Assembly: GCA_951406725.2 (NCBI GenBank) | Contig: OX597822.1 | Span: forward strand, 23,312,001-23,376,000 | Direction: 5' to 3' | DNA from: Octopus vulgaris | Lineage: Eukaryota | Length of the DNA: 64,000 nt | Shown: positions 24,948-41,325 of the stretch, one piece after another | How positions within the stretch are numbered: the stretch's first letter is position 1 | How the letters are laid out: every line of letters begins with the position of its first letter | Made by a program: the position numbers and the translations under genes | Notes under the pieces: model-generated | What the model saw: the letters and a program-made list of their open reading frames with translations, nothing else | Database searches by the model: none | What the model was told of the DNA's origin: nothing

Positions 24948-25428
24948 GAGTGAGAGAGCAGTGCATGCCATCGAAGTGACACTGGGGTAAAATATACGAA
25001 ACCCAGTATTCCCAACATGACTACCCTTCTGATAAGGGTACACCAGGCACATGCATCACAACCATATGTGCGCGACATGGTGATCTCATTTCAAAATAAC
25101 CAACACATGACCTTGCAGGTGGGGCCCAGTTAGAATTTTCTTTTGGTCAATAAGTCCCTGAATAAGGGTTGTTTAAGGATGTTGAACGAAACACCCATGT
25201 TTCCAGAGGTGAATTATTCAAACCCCAAAGAATTCCTCTCAACACATGGCTATGATGCTCCCCCACTACTTCTGCTCATGATCAGAGATGCACATATTGT
25301 CAGCCACTAAGGGACATGCTCAACTGGTTAAGGTCAAACATCTGACAAGCAAATCTGTGGTATTGAGCAGAATATTTGCTTTAGCCCATCTTTTATACTA
25401 AGACAAAACAATGTACATGATAACACTT
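24948..25428. mobile_element. Non-coding (TAA)n-associated element, copy 3
   Basis: Begins gagtgagagagcagtgcatgccatc exactly as copy 1, directly after (TTA)n. Confidence 0.88.
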
Positions 25429-25444
25429 TATTATTATTATTATT

Positions 25445-25584
<140 letters not shown>

Positions 25585-25769
25585 GTCTTTTTTTTACCCT
25601 TTGTATGTTATGCATATGTCCCTTCTTTTTCACTGTATACCGTGTATACTTCCGTTTTCCCCACTTTTTTTTAATCATTCCATCACATGTAAACCCCAAC
25701 ACTTTATGTCTGTCTTTGTATTGTCCTCCTCATCCTTCGCCCTTGTGGCAAATAAATGAAATCATCATA

Positions 25770-25831
<62 letters not shown>

Positions 25832-26025
25832 ATTATTATTATTATTATTATTGTAATTATTATTATTATTATTAACATTTTCGTCCCGAGATCAAATTCC
25901 ACCAAAGACGATTTTGCCTTTCATCCTTTTGGCGTCAAGAAAATAAGCATCATTTGAACATTGGAGTTGATGTACCCGACTAATCCCTTCTCACGAAATT
26001 GGTGGTATCGAGCCAAAATTTCAAA

Positions 26026-26122
<97 letters not shown>

Positions 26123-26153
26123 TATCATCATCACCATCACCAACACCACAAAT

Positions 26154-26184
<31 letters not shown>

Positions 26185-26263
26185 TTATCATCACCACCAC
26201 CACCACCACCACCACCACCACCACCATCATCGTCATCACCATCATTATAATAATAATAATAAT

Positions 26264-26296
<33 letters not shown>

Positions 26297-26346
26297 TATT
26301 ATTATTATTATTATTATTGTTATTGTTAGTAGTAGTAGTTGTAGTA

Positions 26347-26383
<37 letters not shown>

Positions 26384-26403
26384 AAGTAGTATTGGTAGTA
26401 GTA

Positions 26404-26487
<84 letters not shown>

Positions 26488-26918
26488 TTTACTTTAATTC
26501 TAAGTAACTAATTTCTTTATTATTTTTTCTACTTCTTCCATCTGATCTTAAAATAAATCAAATATAAATAGATAGACAGATAAATAAAATGGATAGATAA
26601 ATATAGAAATTTCTCAAGCAATATTTAGTTAACAACCACTTATATTCATCACAGTAATTCTCATTTCTCTCCTCTCTGATTAGTGCCGTAAAAATGGTAC
26701 GAAAGCTAATAATGAAATGCAGCTGGTGAGCAGAAACCACTTGTGTTTTTGTTCTTTTTTCTTTTCTTTTCTGCTAAGTTCTGTATCTTCTGTTTATTTT
26801 GCATGTGTGTGTGTGTGTGCGTGCGTGCGTGTGCGTCTATATTTATATGTGTGTGTGTGTGTGCGCGTGTGTGTGCATGTATTCGTGTGTGCACACGAAC
26901 ACGAAATCATATACACAG

Positions 26919-26953
<35 letters not shown>

Positions 26954-27039
26954 TTCCGTAAACCTGCCTTCGTCTTTTGTCTATTTTCATAAAGCTTCCC
27001 GTTATATATATATATATATATATACAAAGGACGCTCCCG

Positions 27040-27277
27040 AGGTATAGGCTCTCAAGGCCGGTTTCCCTGATTCTGTGACGTAAATATTACCCTTACGTCT
27101 GGCCGCGACACAGGACGTTCGCAGGATTATTCAGTTTTGGCAGCTGGGTTGGCAGGAGCAATGTGAAATGAAGTGTTCTGCTCAAGAACACAACGCGTCG
27201 CCCGGTCCAGGAATCGAAACCACAACCTTATGATCATGAATATGCCAATACCTTAACCACTAAACTACGCTCCTCCA
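27040..27277 (-). mobile_element. SINE family C
   Basis: gctcaagaacacaacgcgtcgcccggtccaggaatcgaaacc. Confidence 0.8.
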
Positions 27278-27338
27278 CACACACACAAACACCCCCCCAC
27301 ACACACACACGCACACACACACACACATACGCATATGC

Positions 27339-27372
<34 letters not shown>

Positions 27373-27404
27373 GAAAAAGGAAAAGAATGATTTCACTGAC
27401 AGTT

Positions 27405-27605
27405 ATTCTTTTACTCTTTTACTCGTTTCAGTCATTTGACTGTGGCCATGCTGGAGCACCGCCTTTAGTCGACCCCAGGACTTATTCTTTGTAAGCCCAG
27501 TACATATTTTATCGGTCTCTTTTGCCGAACCGCTAAGTTACGGGGATGTAAACACACCAGCATCGGTTGTCAAGCGATGTTGGTGCGGGGACAAACACAG
27601 ACACA

Positions 27606-27685
<80 letters not shown>

Positions 27686-27864
27686 CATATATATACATAT
27701 GTACAACAGGCTTGTTTCAGTTTCCGTCTGCCAAATCCACTTACAAGGCTTTGGTCGCTCCGAGACTATAGTAGAAGACACTTAGCCAAGGTGCCACGCA
27801 ATGGGACTGAAATCGGAACCATGTGGTTGGTAAGCAAGCTACTTACCACACAGCCACTCCTACG
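27405..27864 (-). mobile_element. SINE family A
   Basis: Complete head, internal (CA)n and tail. Confidence 0.9.
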
Positions 27865-27884
27865 TCTCTCTCTCTATATTTTTA

Positions 27885-27944
27885 ATCATATAATTTTACA
27901 GTTTGGTTCGTAGATCTACAAACCAAACTGTAAAATTATATGAT
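27885..27944. repeat. 60-bp spacerless palindrome
   Basis: atcatataattttacagtttggttcgtaga|tctacaaaccaaactgtaaaattatatgat, one mismatch. Confidence 0.92.
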
Positions 27945-28034
27945 CAAAAACCTTAAATTGATTAGAACTACCAGTGAAGACATTCTGTTTCTTTTTTCAA
28001 ATATACTTAACTGTACCAAGGATGTTACACATTT

Positions 28035-28110
<76 letters not shown>

Positions 28111-28258
28111 ATATACATGTCATGTGTGTGTGAATGAATTAACGCTTGGGTGGTGTATATATATATCAATGTCTAAGCGTAATTCTAGAAGCAGCCGCGT
28201 GTGTCAATATAGTGTGAAAAAGCTGCCAAGAGTCTCACATTTCAAATATCCCATCTAC

Positions 28259-28420
28259 CTTTGCAGTAAATATGTTCTGTATCACGAACAGCGCACCGTG
28301 CACCAGCTGTGAGCACGGTATATTATTGATGTGTGATGTATTATTAGCGTTCAATATTGACGTTCGTGTCCTCCATATTGGGAAAGTTCGGGATAACAGA
28401 CTGAGCCAGGTCGACACGCC
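28259..28420 (-). other. Candidate internal exon (162 nt, phase 0-0)
   Basis: Acceptor ttcatgtag, donor AAG|gtagat; open frame GVSTWLSLLSRTFPIWRTRTSILNANNTSHINNIPCSQLVHGALFVIQNIFTAK; no homology recognised. Confidence 0.3.
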
Positions 28421-28594
28421 CTACATGAATAATACGAAGATAGAAACACGTATAAATAGTCCTTCTATGCTTGTAGGTGTGACTCTGTGATTAAGCAACG
28501 ACAATATAGTTCAGGGTTCGATCTCACTGTTATGGTAACCGAGCAATTGTTTTCTTTTTGGGGACAGAAGGCTCTACTTGACTAATACCTTGCG

Positions 28595-28631
<37 letters not shown>

Positions 28632-28656
28632 ATGTCTATTCTCTCTACTTATTTAA

Positions 28657-29199
<543 letters not shown>

Positions 29200-29317
29200 C
29201 ATATATATACGTATTTATGTATTCACGCACATATAAATTCTTTTTATTCTTCTTCTTCTTCTTCTTCTTCTTCCTTCCCTCCTCCTCCTCCTCCTCCTCC
29301 TTCTTCTTATTATTATT

Positions 29318-29354
<37 letters not shown>

Positions 29355-29355
29355 C

Positions 29356-29421
<66 letters not shown>

Positions 29422-29913
29422 CATTATTATGTCTTGAATCGATGGAAGGCAAAGTTGACTTCAGTGGGATTTGAACACAGAATGCAAGAAACCGGAATAA
29501 ATATCTCAAGACATTTTGTTCCACAGTCTAACGCTTCCTGCCAAATAACCCCAATTCCATTGAAAATCAAACGCGACCGAATAAATTTTGTCATGAAGAA
29601 ACAGAGTCTCCTTTCAACACTTTCTGTGTTGTGAAGCCGTGATGGTATTTCAATTTTTTGTTCTTTGTCTGACTTTTTCTCCCCTCTTCCTTTTGAAGCG
29701 GGCAGAAAGTAAAATCTCGCAAACTAGCAGCAAACAAGGAGAAAACAGTCGGAATTTGCGTGAAATTGGCAGAAATCGGGTTACAAAACTTCCTTAAAAA
29801 TACACTAAACAAATATGGTGTCCGTAATGTCTCAAAACTCGTTCAGGAGACAAGAAACGTAACACATTTCACCAACATTTTTCTCTGTCTGTCTCCCTAT
29901 CTGTCTGCCTGCC

Positions 29914-29962
<49 letters not shown>

Positions 29963-30168
29963 TTCTCTCTCTCTCTCTCTCCCTCTCTCTTTCGCCCTTT
30001 CTCTCTTTACAAACACACATATAAACAGTTACAAATCTCCAAACAGACACACGCATACACTAATCTACAGACTTGATCACACACGTCTAAAAAAAAAAAA
30101 ACTCAAACACACGTCTACACACATACACACATCTAAAGGCAGATGAGCAAACAGTTATAGTTCTGTAG

Positions 30169-30251
<83 letters not shown>

Positions 30252-30430
30252 CACACACACAGGTATATAAACGGAGACACTCGCAAACGCATGTACTGAG
30301 ACACATATCCAGATAAACATACACATTCTCTCACATATCTACAGATACACTTACACATATGCATACACATGTCGACAAAGAGTTACACTTACACACATAC
30401 ATACCTATATACATATATATTCATACACAA

Positions 30431-30476
<46 letters not shown>

Positions 30477-30582
30477 GCATATACATAATACATACATATA
30501 TACACACAAACCTATATGCATACGTACACATAGCTACATATACACTCATGCTCATAAGTTTACATACCTAGGAACAGATATT

Positions 30583-30613
<31 letters not shown>

Positions 30614-31033
30614 GTACGCATATATATATACACACGCATATCTACAAATGGTGACTCTCACACGTACACACACACTTACATACATACATATACATATACA
30701 TGTCTACATACATATACATGTCTACATACATATACATACATACATACACATGTCTACAAACGGTGGCTCGTACACTCACACTCAGACACACAAACATATA
30801 CATTTGCACATATACATACTACACATACAAATTGTATACGAAAGCAAAGTATTTTTAGACAGACATTAACACTTATTAGCAAGATATTTGGAAGAAGAAA
30901 AGAGAACACAAAACGAAAAGAAAAAAAGACAATAAGCAATTAAAAAATAAAATCGAACAAAATATAAAACTATGAAATTAAACCATAAACTGACCGCACC
31001 CAAAACGAATACAGAGCAACGCAATACATGCAC

Positions 31034-31064
<31 letters not shown>

Positions 31065-31780
31065 CATACATACACGCCTCTAAATCTGTGTGTGTGTGTG
31101 TGTGTGTTCGTTTCCTCCGCTCGCTCACGCTCGTTGCTAACCGTATTACTTTTTCAGTAGTTCTGCAGGTATCTGACGTCTGAACAATGGCACCGATCCA
31201 AATAAGATTCTAAAGAATCTCCCACCGGAATCGAAACCACAATTTTACGATCATGACTACTAAACACTAATACCTAAGCCACGCGTCTCCACATACACAC
31301 ACACACACGTGTATCACATTAAAAGGTATCCGGTGGTAGGGCTCCAGTTCAGGAATCTCTGAGTTGCAGGGAACGTGCAATCAGCCCTTAATTAGCATTA
31401 CTCTCGGGTCCTTTCTGACCTGGAAAGGTAGTACCAGACAGGGTCCAATCAACGGACTAACTAGATTTCTAATGGTGCAGAGGAGGATCCCGTTGTTTTT
31501 GACAAAACCGCGCGGTAAGCAGCTCTAGTCAGCTCTTCCAGGAGAAAGATACTCTGACATGAAACTTGCAAACAGAATAGCGCCAGTCATCTAGCAATGT
31601 TTGTCACAGGAATTCACTATGGCACCCGAAGCACAGATGTTTCACTATGAATGTGAAACAGCCATCATGTATATTCATGCATACATATATATACATACAT
31701 TTACATATATATGTTTTTATGTATGTATCACTTTCTCTCTGTCGCTCACTTACTCTCTCTCCCTCTCTCTCTTTCTCTCT

Positions 31781-31841
<61 letters not shown>

Positions 31842-32079
31842 CACACATAAATGTATATACATACATTCATACACACACTCACATACACACATATACATGT
31901 GTTTTGAAGAGATCTTAGGTCAACAGGTTTTGCGGTCTGACGAGACGCCATAAAGTTATACCCTTTATGGACGGGAAACCCAATAACCGTCCTTTTCCAG
32001 AAAAAAATATATACTGCTCTATATCTTAGGATGAGCTTCTCCGGATTTATGTTTTCTACAACCGATACACACACACACA

Positions 32080-32111
<32 letters not shown>

Positions 32112-32359
32112 TACACACACACACACACTCGCACACACGCACACACATATACACACATGTGCTTATATATATATATATATATACGGACACCCGCAGCAGG
32201 AAGGTATGGCCTGGTTTAATAGATGGTACCGCACTTTCGCTCCTTCTGCTAGGTGCCCGTGTAATCACCATAAAAAATAGACACATTCTCGACCCTCCCG
32301 CCTTTGACCTTGAGGAGCATCAATGGTGTGACAACTAGAGAGAGAAAGAGAGAGAGAGT

Positions 32360-32420
<61 letters not shown>

Positions 32421-32584
32421 GTACCAGTACTGAGCTGATACTCATTTTTAATTGAGTGGATAGAACGTGAAACATAATACATTGCTGAGAGACACAACAC
32501 CCAACTTAATCCAGAAAATGAACCCACGACCTTGCGATCGTGAGCCCAACACACTAGCCACAAAGATACGCACTTTCCAAACAA

Positions 32585-32616
<32 letters not shown>

Positions 32617-33183
32617 ACACACACACACGCACGCGCGCACGCACGCACGCGCGCACACACACACACACACAGACGTATTTGTATGCGCTGTGCATAAACT
32701 TAGAGAAACCAACTTTCAATCAGTAACTAGGTTAATTACGATTTTCAATCCAAATTTTACACGTGCGCGCACACACAAACACACATACATACACACACGC
32801 AAACACACACACACGCCTTCGCACATACACGCACACGCGCATACACACGTAATCATACACACACACGCACAACACACATACATGCACGCATACACACACA
32901 AACATACACAAGCACAAACACACACATACACAAATAGAATTGCGCATTTGTAAGTGCGTGTGTATACACACACACACATCCAAACACACACACACACACA
33001 CATATATCATACAAAACTCCTCAGATAAATATATGTTAAATATCTGAATTAAATAAACAATTTAGCGAATATATATTAAATAAACATATGTTATACAAGG
33101 ACACAATTGTTTCTCTGGAATTGGTTTTATTTCTGATGTTATTTTTATAAATTTAAAGAGTCTTATTTATAAAAATTACATCC

Positions 33184-33244
<61 letters not shown>

Positions 33245-33268
33245 ACCATCTATCTATCTGTCTGTGTG

Positions 33269-33336
<68 letters not shown>

Positions 33337-33383
33337 ACCATCTATCTGTCTGTCTGTGTGTCTGTCTGTCTATCTATCTATCC

Positions 33384-33481
<98 letters not shown>

Positions 33482-33550
33482 TTACCAATCTGTGTGTGTG
33501 TGTCTGTGTATGTACGCATATATAGATATATACATATATATGTTTATATA

Positions 33551-34830
33551 CAGGGTGGGGAAGCAAAATTTACAATGAACGATAACTTGTTTTTTCTCAG
33601 CAGGCACTAAGTCAGTTGTTTTGAAACCTAGCATATATTGATGTCATAATCATACCTTACACTATTATACTTACCTTTTCAGAAACTTTTGCCCATATGA
33701 GTAATCAGGAAAACAAACGTCAAAGCGTGTGTGATTTGCTGAATGTACTCGTCACATCAAAGGAGATTTCAAGAATAGTTGGAGTGTCCATAAAGACTGT
33801 TTATAATGTAAAGAATAGAATGACTATGAGCAAAACTATTACAAGGAAGTCTGGAAGTGGGGGAATCAACAAAAAACAACCAAAGCTTTTATTAAAGCTC
33901 TCAAATCCAAAATCCTAAAGGATCCAACGAAATCTATGAGAAAAATGGCAATTGAACTTGAGGTAGACTACAAGACCATTAGAAATGCTGTAAACTATAT
34001 GATTTGAAGTTAAAATCTTACACAAGAACACCAAAACACTTGTTGACAACAGCTATGAAGGAAAAGAGATTGGAAAGGTGCAAGAAAATTATTACATAGG
34101 TTCAAGGAAAAGTCTTCCATTGTAACGATCTTTTAAGATAGAAAGATCTTCACTGTCGATGCTGTTCAGAACTGCAGAAATGACAGATTTATCGCAAAAT
34201 CAACAGCTGAGGTTAAGGGGACATTCAAAACAAAACATACTGCTCAAGTTATGGCTTTTGGTGTTGTGGCTTCCGATGGAAAGAAAATGCCTATAAAATT
34301 CTACAAAGCTGATGAAAAGATCAATGTTTGTACTTACTACAAGCCTCTGAGATACCAGGTATTGCCATGGCTTAAAGCAAACCACCCAGATGGTAATTAT
34401 GTATGGACACAGGATGATGCTCCAGCCCACACAGCTAGAAAAATACAAGATTTCTGCAAATCCAACTTTTTGGAATCATATTTAAGGCCGTCTTCTAGCC
34501 CAGATCTAAGCCCTCTGGATTATGTTATTTGTGGCGTTTTAGAACATACTACCGATAGAACATCACACAGCAATGTCGACTCTCTTAAAGATACTATTAA
34601 AGAAGAATGGGAGAAGTTGTCTTCCGAATATCTGAGGAACGCCTGTGCAAATTTCAGGAAGCGTGTGAAGGCAGTTATTGAGAAAGGAGGACACAAGGAA
34701 TAAAAACATTTTCTGTTATGTAAATTTTCTTGTAGCAAATAAATTCTCATGACTTTCAATAAACTAATTGATCATACACCGTCTTTCAATCCCTGCCTCA
34801 AAATATTGTAAATTTTGCTTTCCCACCCTG
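33551..34830 (+). mobile_element. Full-length defective Tc1/mariner-superfamily transposon (maT/DD37D-like)
   Basis: 26-bp TIRs cagggtggggaagcaaaatttacaat / attgtaaattttgctttcccaccctg with TA on both sides. Confidence 0.95.
33697..34703 (+). pseudogene. DDD transposase pseudogene
   Basis: HTH N-terminus MSNQENKRQ..., RNDR, WTQDDAPAH, SSPDLSPLDY; frameshifts and stops between 33880 and 34140. Observed spacing is D34D, but flanking motifs resemble DD37D (possible 3-aa deletion). Confidence 0.92.
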
Positions 34831-34881
34831 TATGCATGTAAATATGAATATATGTATGTATGTTTATGTATATGTATAAAT

Positions 34882-35624
34882 CAGTAGCGTAGCTAGGATA
34901 AACCGCGCCCGGAGGCAAGCCGCCAAAATTCCACGATATTGTATAGTACTTATTTGTTATAAGTAATTAATGTTTTAAAACAATATTTCAAGAATAAAAT
35001 ACAATTCCACCGAGGTCGACTTTGCCTTTCATCCTTTCGGAGTCGATAAACTGAGCACCAGTTGCGTTCTAGAATCGATCTAATCGACTGTACCCCTTCC
35101 CCCGCAAAAAAAGTCGGACCTTGTACCTAGAGCAGAAAAGAATATTTTAGGAATAAATACTTTACCAGGGCGCGGTTTACCCTAATTCAAAATATATTTT
35201 GCCTGTAAGTCAAAATATATTTTTTGAATGTTTACTCTTATGAAACCTCCCTATTTTAACCAAATGCACCAGCTCCCTATTTTAACCAAATACACCAGCT
35301 TCCCCCATTGAAACATTAAAAGACCTAATGTGTAAAATAAGATGTAATTAAAAAAAATGCGATTGTTTAAAGTCTCATCTTTCTTACTTTTGATGAGGCG
35401 AATTGATCGATTATATCTTCAAAATCAGTTTCGCTTGTCTCTTCACTTTCAATGCTCAGAAGAGCGAGGTCATGTATGCAGTCCTGTGGCATTGATGTCC
35501 ACAAATAAGACAGGATTAACTTCAATTTGCTGAACGATCGTTCGCAGCTTGAAATTGATACAGTTATTGCGAGCAGTATCTGAAAGCCAATTCACAAATT
35601 CGGTAAAACGTTGTTATCTCCGTA
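34882..35624 (-). mobile_element. hAT transposon 3' fragment with nested SINE B (35005-35143)
   Basis: 35367-35624 minus translates VLPNL*IGFQILLAITVSISSCERSFSKLKLILSYLWTSMPQDCIHDLALLSIESE...IIDQFASSKVRKMRL* (hAT C-terminal dimerisation domain); hAT-like end cagtagcgtagctag at 34882. Confidence 0.85.
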
Positions 35625-36202
35625 TCAGTGGCGGCACTGCGGAACTCCAGCATCCCCTGTTTCCACTCAATATTATCGATAACATTCAATATAATGAGTC
35701 CTTTTTTCTTTAATTCTTTATACTTGTACATTCTATAATTCTTAGGCTTAATGTCAGTAGCCATTCCCTAGTTTATGAAAAAGTACAAAAATCTTCGTAT
35801 AGAACTGTGCACTTCACAGGTATTTGGCTGTTGTGCGCAAGCTCACATGTCCGAGATAGGAAGCTACACGCTAAGAAGAGAGCACTGTAGTTCACGCAGT
35901 GCCGACCTTGTGATGGTAAAAGATAGTGTTTCTTTTTGACTCTGCATGTGTTGTGTTTAAAAACGTGTTTATATTCTTGAATGTGATAAAATGTAGAATT
36001 AGATTATTATCTTGCTTCCAGCTTCAGTGTTACTGCCAGAATTTGAAAAATAGGGCAGATTTTCTCCTTTTATCTTGTGATTTAGGGGGCATTTTTTGAA
36101 AAGCAAGGGGGAATTTGCGGTGGTGTTCAGTGAACAAATTAAACACACGTGTATGAACAACAAGCAGGTGTATTAGTCTGACACTCGGGAAAGTGAAAAA
36201 GT

Positions 36203-36238
36203 CTTTTATGTTTCGAGCCTACGCTCTTAAACAGAAAG
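36203..36238 (-). ncRNA. Degenerate hammerhead-like motif of the 18196 family
   Basis: Minus strand: cttt-CTGTTTA-a-gagc(gtag)gctc-GAAA-ca-T-A-aaag. Confidence 0.4.
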
Positions 36239-37189
36239 GAATAAGAGAAAATGAACCGAGAGATTTTTTTAAAAAACTCGTGAATTTAGCGGTCAAGGCG
36301 GTTTTCAATGTTTCCTACTGGTCGACATAGTTAGCCAAGTTTGGATTACAACAGTGTGTTTATAAAGAATCTGCTCGTATATGGCTGTTCACTCCTGCCC
36401 GAGGAAGACCATCACTGACCATTGTGCACTCGGACAAAATTGTACATTACTCCTGTGGATCCGTTAGTGACTTAAGGGCATAGCTCTTGATAAACATATA
36501 CCAGGGTCAGCGTTAAGAAGTACGAGGCCTAATTAGAGAATTACCATAGGGGACCCATATTCTACAAAAGCTGAAGATGTTTTTTTTTATGCTTCGTGTT
36601 GTACGCCAATCGCAGCCAAAAAGCGTCGAGGGTTTGAGGCTCCACCATTAGCCAAAATGATATTCTAAAAATTCATGGTAGCGTTCTCCGCTCGAGATGT
36701 ACGCGAGTCCTTCTTTTGGTGCCGGGCCCTCTCTTGGCATGGTGCAAATTTGAACATGTCTATCTAATTGGCTTAAAACCAGCCTTGACATACACGATTG
36801 CAGATATTGGAGACCAAGTTTCCCAAATTCACTACACTGGCAGCAAGTTTCCGAGCAGCTCGCTTAAAATTCTTTATACAATATTGATAGGATATGATTT
36901 ACATATGAACAGTAACGCACAAAAGACCCGTAAGGGGTTTTGAGAAAAGAAGAAAAAGTTGGGGAGGGCGAACAATACAACGAAAAGCTGCCATGTTTTT
37001 TATGAGATACTAAATTTTATAAAGATTCAGTTGTCCTCAGATATAAATACAATTTTTGTTGTTGTTGTTGGTAGTGTCATTGTTTAACACCATGACGATA
37101 TCGAAGAAGCAGAGAAATTTTCACAAGCATTCTAAACATGACAGACCCGCTTTTTTTCTTCTATTTTATTTTACATTATTTAATGTGTT

Positions 37190-37248
<59 letters not shown>

Positions 37249-38269
37249 AACTGAAATACGAAAACACAAACGAAAACAAAACAGAAATCGGTAGTCTATG
37301 ACACCTAGGATTAATTTAGCTGCTATTTCTAGCCGATGTGAGTGATCCACTCAGATACACACACATACATAGGCACGCATGTATATATATATATATGTAA
37401 ATGCTTGTTATACAGACACTCTATACTTAGGACTACATTTATCTAATATAAAATATTTGCCTTATTATTCAAACAGTAGATTTTGAGGGAGATATTTAGC
37501 TCTGATTTTCTCGAGCAGAACGAAGAACGCGACCACATAAGAAGCATCCCCGTTCGTTGACTCGTAAATATAAAAGATATTTAAATTAAAAAAACCCAGC
37601 TTTACATATTATATATTCATCAAAACGTGTTTCACCTGATAATTAAGACTAGATATATTACCTGTAGGATAACTACCTGGTGAATTTGATTATAGAAGGT
37701 GATGGTGGTGGCGGCGGCTGAACGTTGTGTTGTAAATGATAATGGAATGCATTATGTATGGAAATGTATGAAATTTTTTTTTTTTTTTGATAGTCATGTG
37801 AATTCTCGGCTTCTGAAAGAAGTTTCGATAATTTATTACACATTAAGAAGAAGAAGAAGGAGGAGAAGAAGGAGAAGAAGAGGAAAAGGAAGAACGAGGA
37901 CGGGAATAATGCTTACTTAGTTATTATTGTATTTCCCGGATATCTGAATGCGCTGTTTTTCATGCTGCATTCGTATAAACACTCGTACACGCGCATACGC
38001 ATGTTACAACGAGCACGCACGCATGCATACGCACATGCACACACATACACTGTATACACATACATGCATATACTCTCTTTCTCTCGCTTGTTCTGTGTTT
38101 CCGTTTCTCTCTCCTCTGTCTCTGTCTCTGTCTCTGTCTGTCTGTCTGTCTCTCCCCCCTTCTCTCTCTCTCTCTCTCTAATCTACACTCACACAGTATA
38201 CACATACATGCATACACCTTTCTCTCCTTGGTCTCTGTTTCCCCTCTTTCTCTCTCCTCTTTCTGTCTG

Positions 38270-39061
<792 letters not shown>

Positions 39062-39288
39062 TTCTTCCTCGTTCACTCTCTCTGTTTGTCTCATGGTTGC
39101 TGTCACATGAACTCTGGCCAAGCTGGATCATCGAATAACGGACGACATCTTGTCTTGTTCAGTGTTAATAATGTTATTTCATATATTTCATTTTCGAATA
39201 ACAGTGCGTGTATCGTTATTTTATTTTTTTGCGTGTATGTATGTATGTGTGCATACATCTCTCTCTCTCTCATCCTCTCTCTCTCTCT

Positions 39289-39351
<63 letters not shown>

Positions 39352-39367
39352 TATATATGCATACATG

Positions 39368-39399
<32 letters not shown>

Positions 39400-39461
39400 C
39401 ATGCATGCATACATATACATACATACATGCATACATACATATACATACATACATACATACA

Positions 39462-39519
<58 letters not shown>

Positions 39520-39786
39520 TTTAGCGTATGTAGGGGTTTGGAATAATGGAGCAACGGGAAAACAAAGGGAATCCCATCTCACTGTCACAGATATTTCATC
39601 CTAACAGGTCACAGAATATGACATAAAATTTAATATAAATGTGCTTATTAGAGATCTTTTGATAATGTTGGTGCGTGTGTTTATTATTCTAAGTGTTGAC
39701 ACAGTATTATAGAATAAAATACAAACGCTCTTCTGTCAGCCCCCCCCCCACATACATGCATACATATTCATACACATATACGTACA

Positions 39787-39828
<42 letters not shown>

Positions 39829-39964
39829 GTGTGTGTAAAAATGTATTCATTTACAATATAGTTTCTGTTATATGCATACACTGCTTGTACTTATCCTATT
39901 GCTAAGTTACGGAGACGTAAACAAACCAACGCCTGTTTTCAATCGGTGATGGGGACAAAGGCAG

Positions 39965-39995
<31 letters not shown>

Positions 39996-40037
39996 CACAT
40001 TTATATTTATATACATACATATATATGTGTATGTATG

Positions 40038-40093
<56 letters not shown>

Positions 40094-40115
40094 TATACAT
40101 GCATATGTGTATGTA

Positions 40116-40524
40116 TACTCTTTACTCTTTTAGTTGTTTCAGTTATTTGACTGTGGCCATGCTAGAGCACCGCCTTTAGTCGAGCAAATCGACCCCAAGA
40201 CTCATCCTTTGTAAGCCTGGTACTTATTCTATCAGTCTCTTTTTGCCGAACCGCTAAGTTACGGGGATGCAAACACACCAGCATCAGTTGTCAAGCGATG
40301 ATGGAGGGACAAACACAGACACACAAACACACACAGACACACACACACATATATATACATATATACGATGGGCTTCTTTCAGTTTCCGTCTACCAAATCC
40401 ACTCACAAGGCTTTGGTCGGCCCGAGACTATAGTAGAAGACACTTGCCCAAGGTGCCACGCAGTGGAATTGAACCCCGAACCATGTGGTTGGTAAGGAAG
40501 CTACTTACCACACAGCCACTCCTG
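40116..40524 (-). mobile_element. SINE family A
   Basis: Complete set of family blocks. Confidence 0.9.
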
Positions 40525-40539
40525 TATATATATATTTAT

Positions 40540-40581
<42 letters not shown>

Positions 40582-40859
40582 TTACATACTTCTACATACA
40601 TATAGTTTCCGTCTACCAAATTTTTTTATAAGGACCTTGGTCGGAGAGGGGCTATTGTGCAAAATAGCTGCCCGAGGTGCTGCGCAGTGGAGCTAAACCC
40701 AGTGTAAAGCAACCTTCATACCGTACGAGCCACGCCTGCATATACCAGTAACGTATCATACCTAATGTATGTACGCCGTTGAAAAACAAGTTTACTGTGG
40801 TATTCATCCAGAGATAACATTTCTTATAAACAGATTGTTCTTCTAAAGCGCAGGATATA

Positions 40860-41075
40860 CGTGAGGGTACTGAAAAGTTCCTGGCTTTATGGTGTCGGGA
40901 AAGGCCTGGCTGGAGGTCAAACCTTCCCTGTTCTTTTACAGGGCTTAAAAAAACTGAAGGACCGTTACAATAAGCGGGTGAGTCGGAGAGGGGAATATTT
41001 TGAATAAAATCATAATCAACTGATCCTCCTGTATTTTCTTTTCCCCAAAGCCAGGAACTTTTCAGCACACCCTCG
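40860..41075 (+). mobile_element. Non-autonomous mariner MITE
   Basis: TIRs gagggtactgaaaagttcctggcttt / aaagccaggaacttttcagcacaccctcg, TA-flanked; same internal sequence as 6911-7058. Confidence 0.85.
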
Positions 41076-41136
41076 TATCAGTCAGACTGACATGAAAATC
41101 GTCCCTGCGGCGGCTATCGGGAACAACAGCTACAGT

Positions 41137-41325
41137 GGAGGCACAATGGCCCAGTGGTTAGGGCAGCGGACTCGCGGTCGTAAGAACACGGTTTCGATTC
41201 CCAGACCGGGCATTGTGAGTGTTTATTGAGCAAAAACACCTAAGCTCCACGCGGCTCTGGCGGGGAGGGGGTAGTGAACCCCGCTGTACTCTTCTCACCA
41301 CAACTTTCTCTCACTCTTTCTTCCT
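41137..41325 (+). mobile_element. tRNA-derived SINE (family C-like head)
   Basis: tggcccagtggttagggcagcggactcgcgg...ggtttcgattccc. Confidence 0.75.

Noticed and set aside
34251-34703. Functional transposase CDS
   Set aside because: Only the C-terminal part is open; upstream stops and frameshifts disrupt the gene.
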